Shown: one piece after another, positions 25,915-34,109 of the stretch
Layout of the letters: every line of letters starts with the position of its first letter
Numbering within the stretch: position 1 is the first letter of the stretch
Assembly (NCBI GenBank): GCA_963637565.1
Contig: CAVHNT010000055.1
Span: 1 to 59,315 of the forward strand
Origin: a bacterium
GTDB taxonomy: Bacteria > Bacillota > Clostridia > TANB77 > UBA1234
Length of the DNA: 59,315 bases
Reading direction: 5' to 3'
Position numbers and translations under genes: made by a program
The notes under the pieces: generated by a model
Seen by the model: only the letters and a program-made list of their open reading frames with translations
What the model was told of the DNA's origin: nothing
The model's database searches: none

Positions 25915-28026
25915 TTAATTATTAATTAAAACTTCATCTATTGATCTTAATTGCATATCTTCTTTTATATCTTTGTTGTCATATCCAAAGTACTCTTCCA
26001 TTACCTCTTTAACTGCAGGAGCTGTATATGCACCATGTCCACCATGTTCAATAACACAAACAACTGCAATTTCAGGATCATTATAGGGAGCAAATCCAAC
26101 AAACCAAGCATGATCAGAACCACTACTTGCTGTAGCTGTTCCTGTTTTTCCAGCAACTTCTATTGGAAATGACTTAAAAGTGCTATATGCTGTTCCGCCA
26201 GTTTCACCTGTAACAGATCTCATTCCTTCAAATATAGTATTAATTGTTTCTTTCGAAATTCCCAAATCTCCAAGATTTATATCTGGTTTGTCAATTTTTT
26301 TATCTACTATAGCATTAACATCATCATTTGAAACATCTTTTCCACTTGAATCTACAACATCTCTTAATATAGTCAAGTCATTTTTTACTCCTCCGTTTGC
26401 AAGAGTTGCAATATAATATGCCATTTGAATAGGAGTAAAACTATTATATGATTGACCTATACCTGCTGATAATGTATCTGCTATCATCCATTGCCTTTTG
26501 CCGCCATCTTTTTCATTCAACTTTTGTATGTATTCTCTTGAAGCTAATGTGCCAGACACTTCTCCTGGCAATTCTATTCCAGTTCTCGTTCCAAGGCCAA
26601 ATAAACTTGCATATCTAGATAATGTATCGATTCCCATTCTATAGCTTACATCATAGAAGTAGTAGTTACATGAAACCTTAAGTGCCTTTTCTGCATCAAC
26701 TAAGCCGTGGGTTGTTTTATAACCTTTCCATATCCAACATGCTGGCTTGTGCCCTTTGTCATATACACCTTTTGTTAATATTTGTTCTCGTATTCCAATC
26801 GTACCTGACTCTATCGCTGCAATCGTTGTCACCATTTTGAAAGTTGAACCAGGTGAATAAGTTCCTTGAATTGCCCTATTAAACATTGGCATATCACTGT
26901 TTTCAAAATATTTTTTATATTCGCTAGCACTAATTCCATCTGTAAATTCATCTGGATTATATTCAGGATAACTAGCAAGTGCCAAAACCTCCGATGTCTT
27001 TACATCTAAAACAACAAGTGCACCAGCCTTTGCATCTTCACATTTTTCTGCAAATCCACCTGTCTGAATCTTTTTAATATATTTTTCTAAAACTTCTTCG
27101 GCTTTTGTTTGCAAATCTAAATCAATTGTTAATATTACACTGCTTCCCATTTCACTTTCAACAGTTTCTTCTTTATCTGTAACTCGTCCTTCAGAGTCCA
27201 TCTCCAATCTAAGTACTCCATCTTTTCCTCTTAAGAACTCTTCAAAAGTCGCTTCTACTCCACTTTTTCCAATCATGTCATTTTGATTGTATCCAAGATC
27301 TTTTTTCTTTTTGTATTCATTACTTCCTATTCTTCCAATATATCCTATTATATGTGAAGCTACATTTTGTGTAAGATATTTTCTTATTGGATATGTTGTA
27401 ACTACTATTCCGGAAAGTTCGTTTCCTCTTTCTTCTATTTCCAACATACTTTCATTTGATATTTTCTTTGCAAGTACTACACTTTTAAAACTAGAATATC
27501 CTTTCGTTACAATTTCATATCGTAGTGCTATTACTTTTTTCACATCATTTATATCTTCATATTGTATTTCATACTTTTTCTTATAAAACTCAATAACTTC
27601 TTCAACACTAGCATCTCCACTTATTTTATTGCTAAGTTTCCAATTTTTTGCACTCTCATCACTTTTTTTAAATGCCATAGTTTCAAAATCTATTGGAAAA
27701 TTGTTACTATATGTATCATTATTTTTTACTAAAATATTAGCTAACTTTAAAAGAACTTCGTTCAATTCAACTTTAGATATTTTGGTATAATACAAATTAA
27801 CATTATACCCCGTAACACTTGTTACCAAAAGCTTTCCATATCTATCGTATATTTCACCTCTAGGAGCAGTAATCTTTATTTCTCTAACAAGTCGATTCTC
27901 GGATTGTTGCCTATAACTCTCACCATTTACTATTTGTAAATTGAATAATTGACATACAAACACAATACCAATTATACAAACAATAATCATTAGTATATTA
28001 AATCTAGTTCCAACGTTGTTATACAT
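25915..28026 (-). CDS. mrdA: Penicillin-binding protein 2 (elongation-specific class B transpeptidase)
   Basis: 703 aa. N-terminal TM. STFK (YSPGSTFKMV), SCN-type motif (KVSCNYYF), KTGT (GKTGTA). Lies in the mre operon. Confidence 0.9.
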   Translation of the reverse strand: MYNNVGTRFNILMIIVCIIGIVFVCQLFNLQIVNGESYRQQSENRLVREIKITAPRGEIYDRYGKLLVTSVTGYNVNLYYTKISKVELNEVLLKLANILVKNNDTYSNNFPIDFETMAFKKSDESAKNWKLSNKISGDASVEEVIEFYKKKYEIQYEDINDVKKVIALRYEIVTKGYSSFKSVVLAKKISNESMLEIEERGNELSGIVVTTYPIRKYLTQNVASHIIGYIGRIGSNEYKKKKDLGYNQNDMIGKSGVEATFEEFLRGKDGVLRLEMDSEGRVTDKEETVESEMGSSVILTIDLDLQTKAEEVLEKYIKKIQTGGFAEKCEDAKAGALVVLDVKTSEVLALASYPEYNPDEFTDGISASEYKKYFENSDMPMFNRAIQGTYSPGSTFKMVTTIAAIESGTIGIREQILTKGVYDKGHKPACWIWKGYKTTHGLVDAEKALKVSCNYYFYDVSYRMGIDTLSRYASLFGLGTRTGIELPGEVSGTLASREYIQKLNEKDGGKRQWMIADTLSAGIGQSYNSFTPIQMAYYIATLANGGVKNDLTILRDVVDSSGKDVSNDDVNAIVDKKIDKPDINLGDLGISKETINTIFEGMRSVTGETGGTAYSTFKSFPIEVAGKTGTATASSGSDHAWFVGFAPYNDPEIAVVCVIEHGGHGAYTAPAVKEVMEEYFGYDNKDIKEDMQLRSIDEVLINN

Positions 28027-28040
28027 TATCCACTCCTTTC

Positions 28041-28565
28041 TTATAATAAGTAATAACTATTTTTACTTTTATTTATTATTTCTCCAAGTCCACTTAATGG
28101 CTTAAATAGTATTCTTGCAAGTATCATATTATACAATGTTTCTTTTGAAATTATGTAAATTGCTGAAAATGGTTCAAATTCATATCCATAAATCAAGATG
28201 AAAATTAAATAAACCAATATTTCCATTATTGCAGTCAATGCAGCCACCATATAGACCATTGAAAGTTTGTTTTCTTTTGAAAAACCTTTACTAAATTCAC
28301 CACTTGCAAATCCAACAAGCATGTACATTAAAAAGTATATTCCAAAAGCTTTTCCATACATTATATCTGTCAGAGCACCATATACTCCACCAGTTAATAT
28401 TCCTGGAAGTTTTCCAGAACTAAGCCCTATGCCAACAACCAAAACAATTCCTATATTGGCAGCTGTACCAAAAAGCTTGATTTCATTAAAGAATGTAACT
28501 TGCAAACCTAAACATATCCATATTAAAATAAAGACCATAATTCCTATAAGAATTTTCTTCTCCAC
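28041..28565 (-). CDS. mreD: Rod shape-determining protein MreD
   Basis: 174-aa polytopic membrane protein directly after mreC. Confidence 0.8.
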   Translation of the reverse strand: MEKKILIGIMVFILIWICLGLQVTFFNEIKLFGTAANIGIVLVVGIGLSSGKLPGILTGGVYGALTDIMYGKAFGIYFLMYMLVGFASGEFSKGFSKENKLSMVYMVAALTAIMEILVYLIFILIYGYEFEPFSAIYIISKETLYNMILARILFKPLSGLGEIINKSKNSYYLL

Positions 28566-28576
28566 TTTTATCTCCT

Positions 28577-29419
28577 TTATTCAACGTTATTATCAGCATC
28601 ATCTGTTATTATAATAGCAAGTGTTTCAACCTTATCAAAATCAACATACATCTGCAAAACAGCCTCGTTTTCAATAGGATTTTTTTTATTTACAACTTCT
28701 ATTACTTTTCCTATGCCTATTCCTTTTGGATATATACCACCCATTCCAGAAGTTTCGAGTTTGTCTCCTTCAACTAGCACTGTTCCAGATGGAATATTTA
28801 TAACTTTTAGTTGTTGCTTTTCTAGTAATGATATGCTACCTTTGCAAACAACTTCATCTCTTGTTCGAGTAATTCTAGCACTTACAGAGTTACCCGCATC
28901 CAATACAGATATTATTTTTGCTGTATTCTTTGTAACTGTTTCAACATATCCAAACAGACCAGCTTCTGCTATAACAGTCATACCTGGTTTTACTCCATCA
29001 TTAGAGCCTTTGTTTACAACATATATAGCTTCCCAATTAGTGTTAGATTTTGATATAATATCTGCCACAACAACATTATAATCTGGATACTTATTAGATA
29101 AATTTGCATGACTTTTTAACAATTTATTTTCCGCATAAACTTCTTCATACGTTATAACTTTTTCCTCTAAAGATTTGACTTTTTCTTTAAGTTCTGAATT
29201 TTCTTTTTTTAATTCATCAATATTTGAAAAGAGTTCGTTATTTCCTATTACATATTCTTTCAAGTGGTTATATGCTCTTTGAGGTAATATAATAATATCA
29301 TTCAATAAACTTTCTATAAGAGTTACTTGTCGTGTTTTTCCATTTGTAATTGCAATACATGAAAACAAAGCTATTACAAAAATTATTTTAAAAATATTCT
29401 TTAGCCAATTCTCTCGCAC
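28577..29419 (-). CDS. mreC: Rod shape-determining protein MreC
   Basis: 280 aa. TM, coiled coil (ELKKENSELKEKVKSLEEK), beta-barrel domains (GMGGIYPKGIGIGKV). Confidence 0.9.
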   Translation of the reverse strand: MRENWLKNIFKIIFVIALFSCIAITNGKTRQVTLIESLLNDIIILPQRAYNHLKEYVIGNNELFSNIDELKKENSELKEKVKSLEEKVITYEEVYAENKLLKSHANLSNKYPDYNVVVADIISKSNTNWEAIYVVNKGSNDGVKPGMTVIAEAGLFGYVETVTKNTAKIISVLDAGNSVSARITRTRDEVVCKGSISLLEKQQLKVINIPSGTVLVEGDKLETSGMGGIYPKGIGIGKVIEVVNKKNPIENEAVLQMYVDFDKVETLAIIITDDADNNVE

Positions 29420-29438
29420 TCTTATATTCTCCTTCCGT

Positions 29439-30461
29439 TTATCTTCTCTTTTTTGAATTTATCAAAACACTCTTTAAAGAATCTAAATCATCTAAAACCT
29501 TACCAGCACCCTTTACTACGCAATCAAGTGGGTTATTTGCTATATTTACTGGAATACCTGTTTCTAAAGCCAACAATCTATCAAAATTCTTAATCAAAGC
29601 ACCACCACCTGATAAAGTAATACCATTTACCATTATGTCTGCTGATAATTCTGGTGGTGTTTTTTCCAATGTCATTTTTATTGCATCTATAATCTGCATT
29701 ATTACTTCTTTCATTGCTTCTTCAATCTGAATTGAATTAACAGTAATAGTTTTTGGCAACCCAGTTGAAAAATCTCTTCCTTTAACATCCATCTCTTCTG
29801 TAGTCATTGAAGGGTATGCACAACCTATGTTTACTTTTATTTCTTCTGCAGTAGTTTCACCTATTGCAACATTAAATTTCTTTTTAACATAATCAACTAT
29901 AGCTTCATTTAGTTCATCACCAGCGATTCTAAGTGATCTACTTGTTACTATTCCACCAAGAGAAATTACACAAATCTCACTTGTACCACCGCCAATGTCA
30001 ACAATCATAGTTCCACTAGGATCACTAATCTTAAGACCTGCACCAATAGCAGCCGCAATAGGTTCCTCCATTAAGTACGCTTCTCTAGCACCAGCATTTA
30101 AAGTTGCTTCTTCAACAGCCCTTTCTTCAACCTCTGTAACCCCAGTAGGAACACAAACAACAACTCTTGGTCTTGCTATTACATATCTCTTACAAGCCTT
30201 ATCAACAAGGTATTTTAACATCATCTTTGTTGCTGTAAAATCCGCAATTACACCATCCTTAAGTGGTCTAACAGCATTCAAGTTTTCAGGAGTTCTTCCA
30301 AGCATTTCTTTTGCCTCTGTTCCAACAGCTACAACTTCACCAGTATATTTATTCATTGCAACAACTGATGGTTCTCTAATTATAATTCCCTTTCCTTTTA
30401 AATGTACTAATGTGTTGGCAGTGCCAAGATCAATTCCTATATCTTTCGCAAAAAAACCCAT
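29439..30461 (-). CDS. mreB: Rod shape-determining actin homologue MreB
   Basis: 340 aa. DIGIDLGTANTLV, EPIAAAIGAG, MIVDIGGGTSE. Confidence 0.97.
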   Translation of the reverse strand: MGFFAKDIGIDLGTANTLVHLKGKGIIIREPSVVAMNKYTGEVVAVGTEAKEMLGRTPENLNAVRPLKDGVIADFTATKMMLKYLVDKACKRYVIARPRVVVCVPTGVTEVEERAVEEATLNAGAREAYLMEEPIAAAIGAGLKISDPSGTMIVDIGGGTSEICVISLGGIVTSRSLRIAGDELNEAIVDYVKKKFNVAIGETTAEEIKVNIGCAYPSMTTEEMDVKGRDFSTGLPKTITVNSIQIEEAMKEVIMQIIDAIKMTLEKTPPELSADIMVNGITLSGGGALIKNFDRLLALETGIPVNIANNPLDCVVKGAGKVLDDLDSLKSVLINSKKRR

Positions 30462-30474
30462 TTACTTCAACCTC

Positions 30475-31158
30475 CTAAAACTTATTCATCCTTTTTAAGC
30501 TACAAAACATACCATTTCCTATAACAATGTGATCTAGTAATTCTATACCAATCAATTTACCTGCATCCCTCATTTTAATCGAAAATAGTACATCACTTTT
30601 ACTCGGTGTCGGATCACCACTTGGATGATTATGAGCAACAATTATTCTAGTAGAATTCATTCTTATTGGTTCTTTAAAAACATCTCTAGCCTCTATCAAC
30701 GTTGCATTTGCTGTTCCAATACCAATCGTAGAAATTTTCACTATTTGATTTTTAACATTTAAAACAATTACTTTCATAATCTCCTGAGAAGCATCTCTCA
30801 TATCTGGCATTAAAATATTTGCAACCTCTTCTGGTGTTGTCACCGATTTTTTTGAAATATTATACGGTTTAGATATTCTTTTAGCGAGTTCAATTGTAGC
30901 TTTCAACTGAATCGCTTTAACACGACCTAAACCTTTTATCTTTTGTAAATCATCTATAGAAACATCATTTAAAAAACTTAATCCTGCATTCTCATCATCC
31001 AAAAGTAAAACTTCCTGTGCTAATTCGATTGATGTTTTGTTTTTCGTTCCACTCTTTATAATTACAGCCAGAAGTTCTGCATCAGATAATTTAGTAGCAC
31101 CATAACATTCAAGTTTTTCATATGGTTTTTCCATTTCAGGCAAATCCTTAATTTTCAT
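30475..31158 (-). CDS. radC: RadC-family JAMM-motif protein
   Basis: Start moved to MKIKDLPEMEKPYEKL (track start is 31215). HhH region LLAVIIKSGTK. JAMM motif AHNHPSGDPTPSKSD. Confidence 0.9.
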   Translation of the reverse strand: MKIKDLPEMEKPYEKLECYGATKLSDAELLAVIIKSGTKNKTSIELAQEVLLLDDENAGLSFLNDVSIDDLQKIKGLGRVKAIQLKATIELAKRISKPYNISKKSVTTPEEVANILMPDMRDASQEIMKVIVLNVKNQIVKISTIGIGTANATLIEARDVFKEPIRMNSTRIIVAHNHPSGDPTPSKSDVLFSIKMRDAGKLIGIELLDHIVIGNGMFCSLKRMNKF

Positions 31159-31195
31159 GTGTAATCCTTTCTGTAAAGAATTGCCCCCTATATAT

Positions 31196-31447
31196 TTAAA
31201 TCTTTCTGTAAACAAGAATAGCTATCAATATTCCTATAATACTTGCAACATTTAATTGTACTAAGAATTTAAAAGAAATTTGTAATATACTTATATCAAG
31301 TACAAGTGGTTCTGTAAGTCCAAAACTTTTCCCATATGCTAGCCATGATAAAAAAGAAACATTAGCTGCAAGTTCACCAAGAAGTCCTCCTAAAATTATT
31401 CCTGAAAATAGAAAAATTAAAAACACCCAAAATCTTTTTTCACTCAT
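31196..31447 (-). CDS. DUF4321-like small membrane protein
   Basis: 83 aa, two TM segments. Conserved position upstream of radC/mreB in Clostridia. GAGGGG RBS. Confidence 0.6.
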   Translation of the reverse strand: MSEKRFWVFLIFLFSGIILGGLLGELAANVSFLSWLAYGKSFGLTEPLVLDISILQISFKFLVQLNVASIIGILIAILVYRKI

Positions 31448-31485
31448 TTAAAAACCCCTCTTCTTTTGTAATCTTTACGCTACTA

Positions 31486-31514
31486 ATTATATATTTATAT
31501 AAACGCGTTTTCAA
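31486..31514 (-). promoter_or_regulatory. Promoter of the DUF4321-radC-mreBCD-pbp2-minC operon
   Basis: Minus strand TTGAAA (31509-31514), 17 nt, TATAAT (31486-31491). Confidence 0.5.
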
Positions 31515-31576
31515 GTATTTCCGTAATATCCATGCGACATTTTATTACAATTCAGACACATATATAATTTACAATT

Positions 31577-31908
31577 TTCATTGCTTAGTTTTGGTTGATT
31601 TGAAAACAAATTATTTCTTTTTACTTCTTAGATTCAAAAGTAAAAACGAAAAATTTCTTCGCTTGGTTTGGTTGGCTTGAAAACAAATTATTTCTTTTTA
31701 CTTCTTAGATTCAAAAGTAAAAACGAAAAATTTCTTCGCTTGGTTTGGTTGGCTTGAAAACAAATTATTTCTTTTTACTTCTTAGATTCAAAAGTAAAAA
31801 CGAAAAATTTCTTCGCTTGGTTTGGTTGGCTTGAAAACAAATTATTTCTTTTTACTTCTTAGATTCAAAAGTAAAAACGAAAAATTTCTTCGCTTGGTTT
31901 GGTTAGGT
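31577..31908. repeat. Tandem direct repeat: 77-bp unit x4 (copies 1-3 identical, copy 4 differs only in its last ~5 nt) plus a degenerate 24-nt partial unit
   Basis: Unit tgaaaacaaattatttctttttacttcttagattcaaaagtaaaaacgaaaaatttcttcgcttggtttggttggct starts at 31601, 31678, 31755 and 31832. Each unit has a 9-bp hairpin tttttactt/aagtaaaaa. Stops in all frames, and 77 is not a multiple of 3. Confidence 0.95.
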
Positions 31909-31939
31909 TAGGAGAAGAAATTTTTCTTTTACTTTTGAA
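31864..31939. repeat. Long inverted repeat formed by the last tandem unit and an inverted partial unit flanking the array
   Basis: ttcaaaagtaaaaacgaaaaatttcttc (31864-31891) versus gaagaaatttttc-ttttacttttgaa (31914-31939). About 26 bp with one 2-nt gap and a 22-nt loop. Confidence 0.85.
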
Positions 31940-31968
31940 CACCACACGCTAAATAGAATGTTTAAATC

Positions 31969-32004
31969 AAAAAAATACTTGAGTCTAAAGCAAACCCAAG
32001 TATT
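31969..32004 (-). terminator. Intrinsic terminator after the 435-aa gene
   Basis: Minus strand: atacttgggt...actcaagtat stem (one mismatch) followed by TTTTTTT. Confidence 0.6.
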
Positions 32005-32014
32005 TACAACGTAA

Positions 32015-33322
32015 TTAAATTATTCCATATCTTCTTTTTTGTCCTCTAATAGAATTAACTAGATAACAACTCCATATATTATACTCTTCTGTATCTTTCC
32101 TTATTATCTCACACCTAAATTCTCCTTGCTTTTCTTTTATAACCCTAATTATATCACCCTCAAGAAGTTTAAGTGCCACCAACTCTTTTGATAAAATAGA
32201 AATCCCTTTATCTGTTAAAATTAGTTTCACCATGCCATCTGTTCTTAATTTATTTTCTTTATTATCAATTATATCAAATCTTACATTTGCAACTAACTTA
32301 TTTCCTTCGTTCAACTTAAAACTATCAAACCCACCAAAGAAATCTACCAAATTATCCGCTATAGATTTTGGAATTTTAATTTCTCCTGCTCCACCACCTT
32401 TTTCTGCAATACTATTAGTTTCTATCATAAAAGTATTCATATTCGCATAATCTATTTCATTAGACATCAATATTGTTGGCTTTTTCTTTTCTTCTGATTT
32501 TTCACTAGTATTACCATACAGCTTTTCCAAGTCTTTTTCAGTTTTACTTAAACGCTTAAGCATAGCATCCTTCTCATTTTTTTCTTTTTTCAACTCTTTT
32601 TCCGTCTCAAGCATTACATTTTCTCTCATGCCTAATCCCATGTCTATATCTATATCTATATCAACATCTTCATAATCATCTGTATTGATTATACTATTAG
32701 CAGCACCCTCATCATAAACTTGCTCACCAATAACGTTTTCTTTGCTACCATACATCTCACTAATTCTTGGTATCTTTCTATCAGTTATCCTTGCAACAAT
32801 GTCACCTTTTTCAGCAAGCAATATTACTTCATCTTCACCAATACTGTGAAACTCATTTACAGTACTCATCAATATACTGTTTTTTGCACTTTCAAATATC
32901 TTTCTATCATCCTTTTCATATTTTATTTCTGTGACAATAGAAACATTATCTAAAAGACCTCCACTTGAAAGCTTAGCACCAGTAACATATATATATGAAT
33001 TACCATCTTTCTTTTCAAAAACAAAAGCTCTCATCTCTACCTTGTTTTCATCCGTATTAATATGAATATTTAATTTACACCCAATAGAAAGTAACTTAAG
33101 CATCATATCTTTAGAAGTGTTTTTTCTATCAACTCCAATAAATACATTAATTTTAGTACCTTGTTTTATTGCTTTTTCAATCTCGTCTTGAATAATTTCA
33201 ATGCCTGTGTCTTTTACTAATCCGGCAATAACATAAACTTCATCAAATTTTTCTTTCAATCTTTGATTTAAAATTTCTCCTAACTTAACTTCTTTTGGCT
33301 GATTTAAAAATTTAACTTCCAT
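32015..33322 (-). CDS. Hypothetical 435-aa protein: N-terminal PLD-like fold lacking the HxK catalytic motif, acidic/coiled-coil linker, C-terminal AbrB/B3-like beta-barrel-type domain(s)
   Basis: N-terminus VYVIAGLVKDTG...GTKINVFIGVDRKNTS...VEMRAFVFEKKDGNSYIYVTGAKLSSGGLLDN parallels the PLD/Nuc layout, with H->R and K->F at the HxK position. C-terminus EIKIPKSIADNLV... and LLEGDIIRVIKEKQGEFRCEI resemble swapped-hairpin or pseudobarrel DNA-binding modules. Domain calls are by eye only. Confidence 0.7.
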   Translation of the reverse strand: MEVKFLNQPKEVKLGEILNQRLKEKFDEVYVIAGLVKDTGIEIIQDEIEKAIKQGTKINVFIGVDRKNTSKDMMLKLLSIGCKLNIHINTDENKVEMRAFVFEKKDGNSYIYVTGAKLSSGGLLDNVSIVTEIKYEKDDRKIFESAKNSILMSTVNEFHSIGEDEVILLAEKGDIVARITDRKIPRISEMYGSKENVIGEQVYDEGAANSIINTDDYEDVDIDIDIDMGLGMRENVMLETEKELKKEKNEKDAMLKRLSKTEKDLEKLYGNTSEKSEEKKKPTILMSNEIDYANMNTFMIETNSIAEKGGGAGEIKIPKSIADNLVDFFGGFDSFKLNEGNKLVANVRFDIIDNKENKLRTDGMVKLILTDKGISILSKELVALKLLEGDIIRVIKEKQGEFRCEIIRKDTEEYNIWSCYLVNSIRGQKRRYGII

Positions 33323-33567
33323 AGTATAGCTCCTTTTTATACAAATTCCATTTATAATTTTACCATAATTTTACTTGAAAATCAATAATCCGTCAAATTT
33401 AATTTACATAATGTCGCGATAACTATTACATTATTTAACATAAAGCGACTTTTTTGCATAGTATGTATTATCTTAAGATAATTTTTAATTTTGATACAGC
33501 TATATTGAATAAAACTTATGATTTGCGGAAACAATTAAATTAGAATTTATTATTGGGAGTGAGAATT

Positions 33568-33912
33568 TTGGTTATAAAAAGAGGAGACATGTATTATGCT
33601 GACTTAAGCCCTGTTGTAGGTTCAGAACAAGGTGGTATTAGACCAGTACTTATAATACAAAACGACGTTGGAAACCGCTATAGTCCTACTGTAATAGCTG
33701 CTGCTATAACTTCTCAAACGAGTAAAAGTCGACTTCCAACTCATATAAATATAGATTCAAAAGAATTTGGTCTCATGAAAGATTCTGTAATATTAGCAGA
33801 ACAAATACGCACAATAGATAAATCTCGCCTTATGGAAAAGATAGGGCAAGTTGATGAAAATGTAATGGGGCAAGTTAATTCAGCTTTAGGTATAAGCTTC
33901 GGTTTAGTTTAA
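33568..33912 (+). CDS. mazF: MazF/PemK-family endoribonuclease toxin (EndoA-like)
   Basis: (M)[48 protein letters not shown]...LPTHINI. TTG start at 33568 after a GGGAGTGAG RBS (the track starts at TTG 33553). Confidence 0.9.
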   Translation: MVIKRGDMYYADLSPVVGSEQGGIRPVLIIQNDVGNRYSPTVIAAAITSQTSKSRLPTHINIDSKEFGLMKDSVILAEQIRTIDKSRLMEKIGQVDENVMGQVNSALGISFGLV

Positions 33913-33998
33913 AAGTTCTACAAGAAAGATAGAAATCTTCCATTTTTATCTTTTAACCCTCGAGAGTTTTTTACTGAAAAGGAGAAAATTTAATTTTT

Positions 33999-34062
33999 TA
34001 TACAATAGGAGAGTAATAAATTTTCAACTTTTTTATGTATTAATTTTCTTTCTCATTGTATA
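33999..34062 (+). repeat. Copy B of the ~55-nt palindromic extragenic element
   Basis: tatacaataggagag...ctttctcattgtata closes a ~15-bp stem (2 G-T pairs, 1 mismatch). About 83% identical to copy C by eye. Confidence 0.6.
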
Positions 34063-34108
34063 AAGAAGGACTTTCTTGAATAGAAAGCCCTTCTTTTATA
34101 TTTTTTAT
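34062..34108. terminator. Strong hairpin terminator between the convergent mazF region (+) and the VirB2-like gene (-)
   Basis: aagaagg-a-ctttct tgaat agaaag-c-ccttctt (13 bp), followed on the + strand by ttatatttttt. The T-run is good only on the + strand. Confidence 0.65.
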
Positions 34109-34109
34109 A

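Noticed and set aside
31577-31908. The 77-bp repeats as a CRISPR array
   Set aside because: The units are directly abutting and identical, with no unique spacers, and there are no cas genes in the window. This is a plain tandem repeat.
31577-33912. The 77-bp repeats as a type III (ToxI-like) RNA antitoxin for mazF
   Set aside because: ToxI-type arrays sit immediately upstream of their toxin on the same transcript. Here the array is ~1.65 kb away, separated from mazF by an oppositely oriented 1.3-kb gene and a terminator. The idea is attractive but the layout does not support it.
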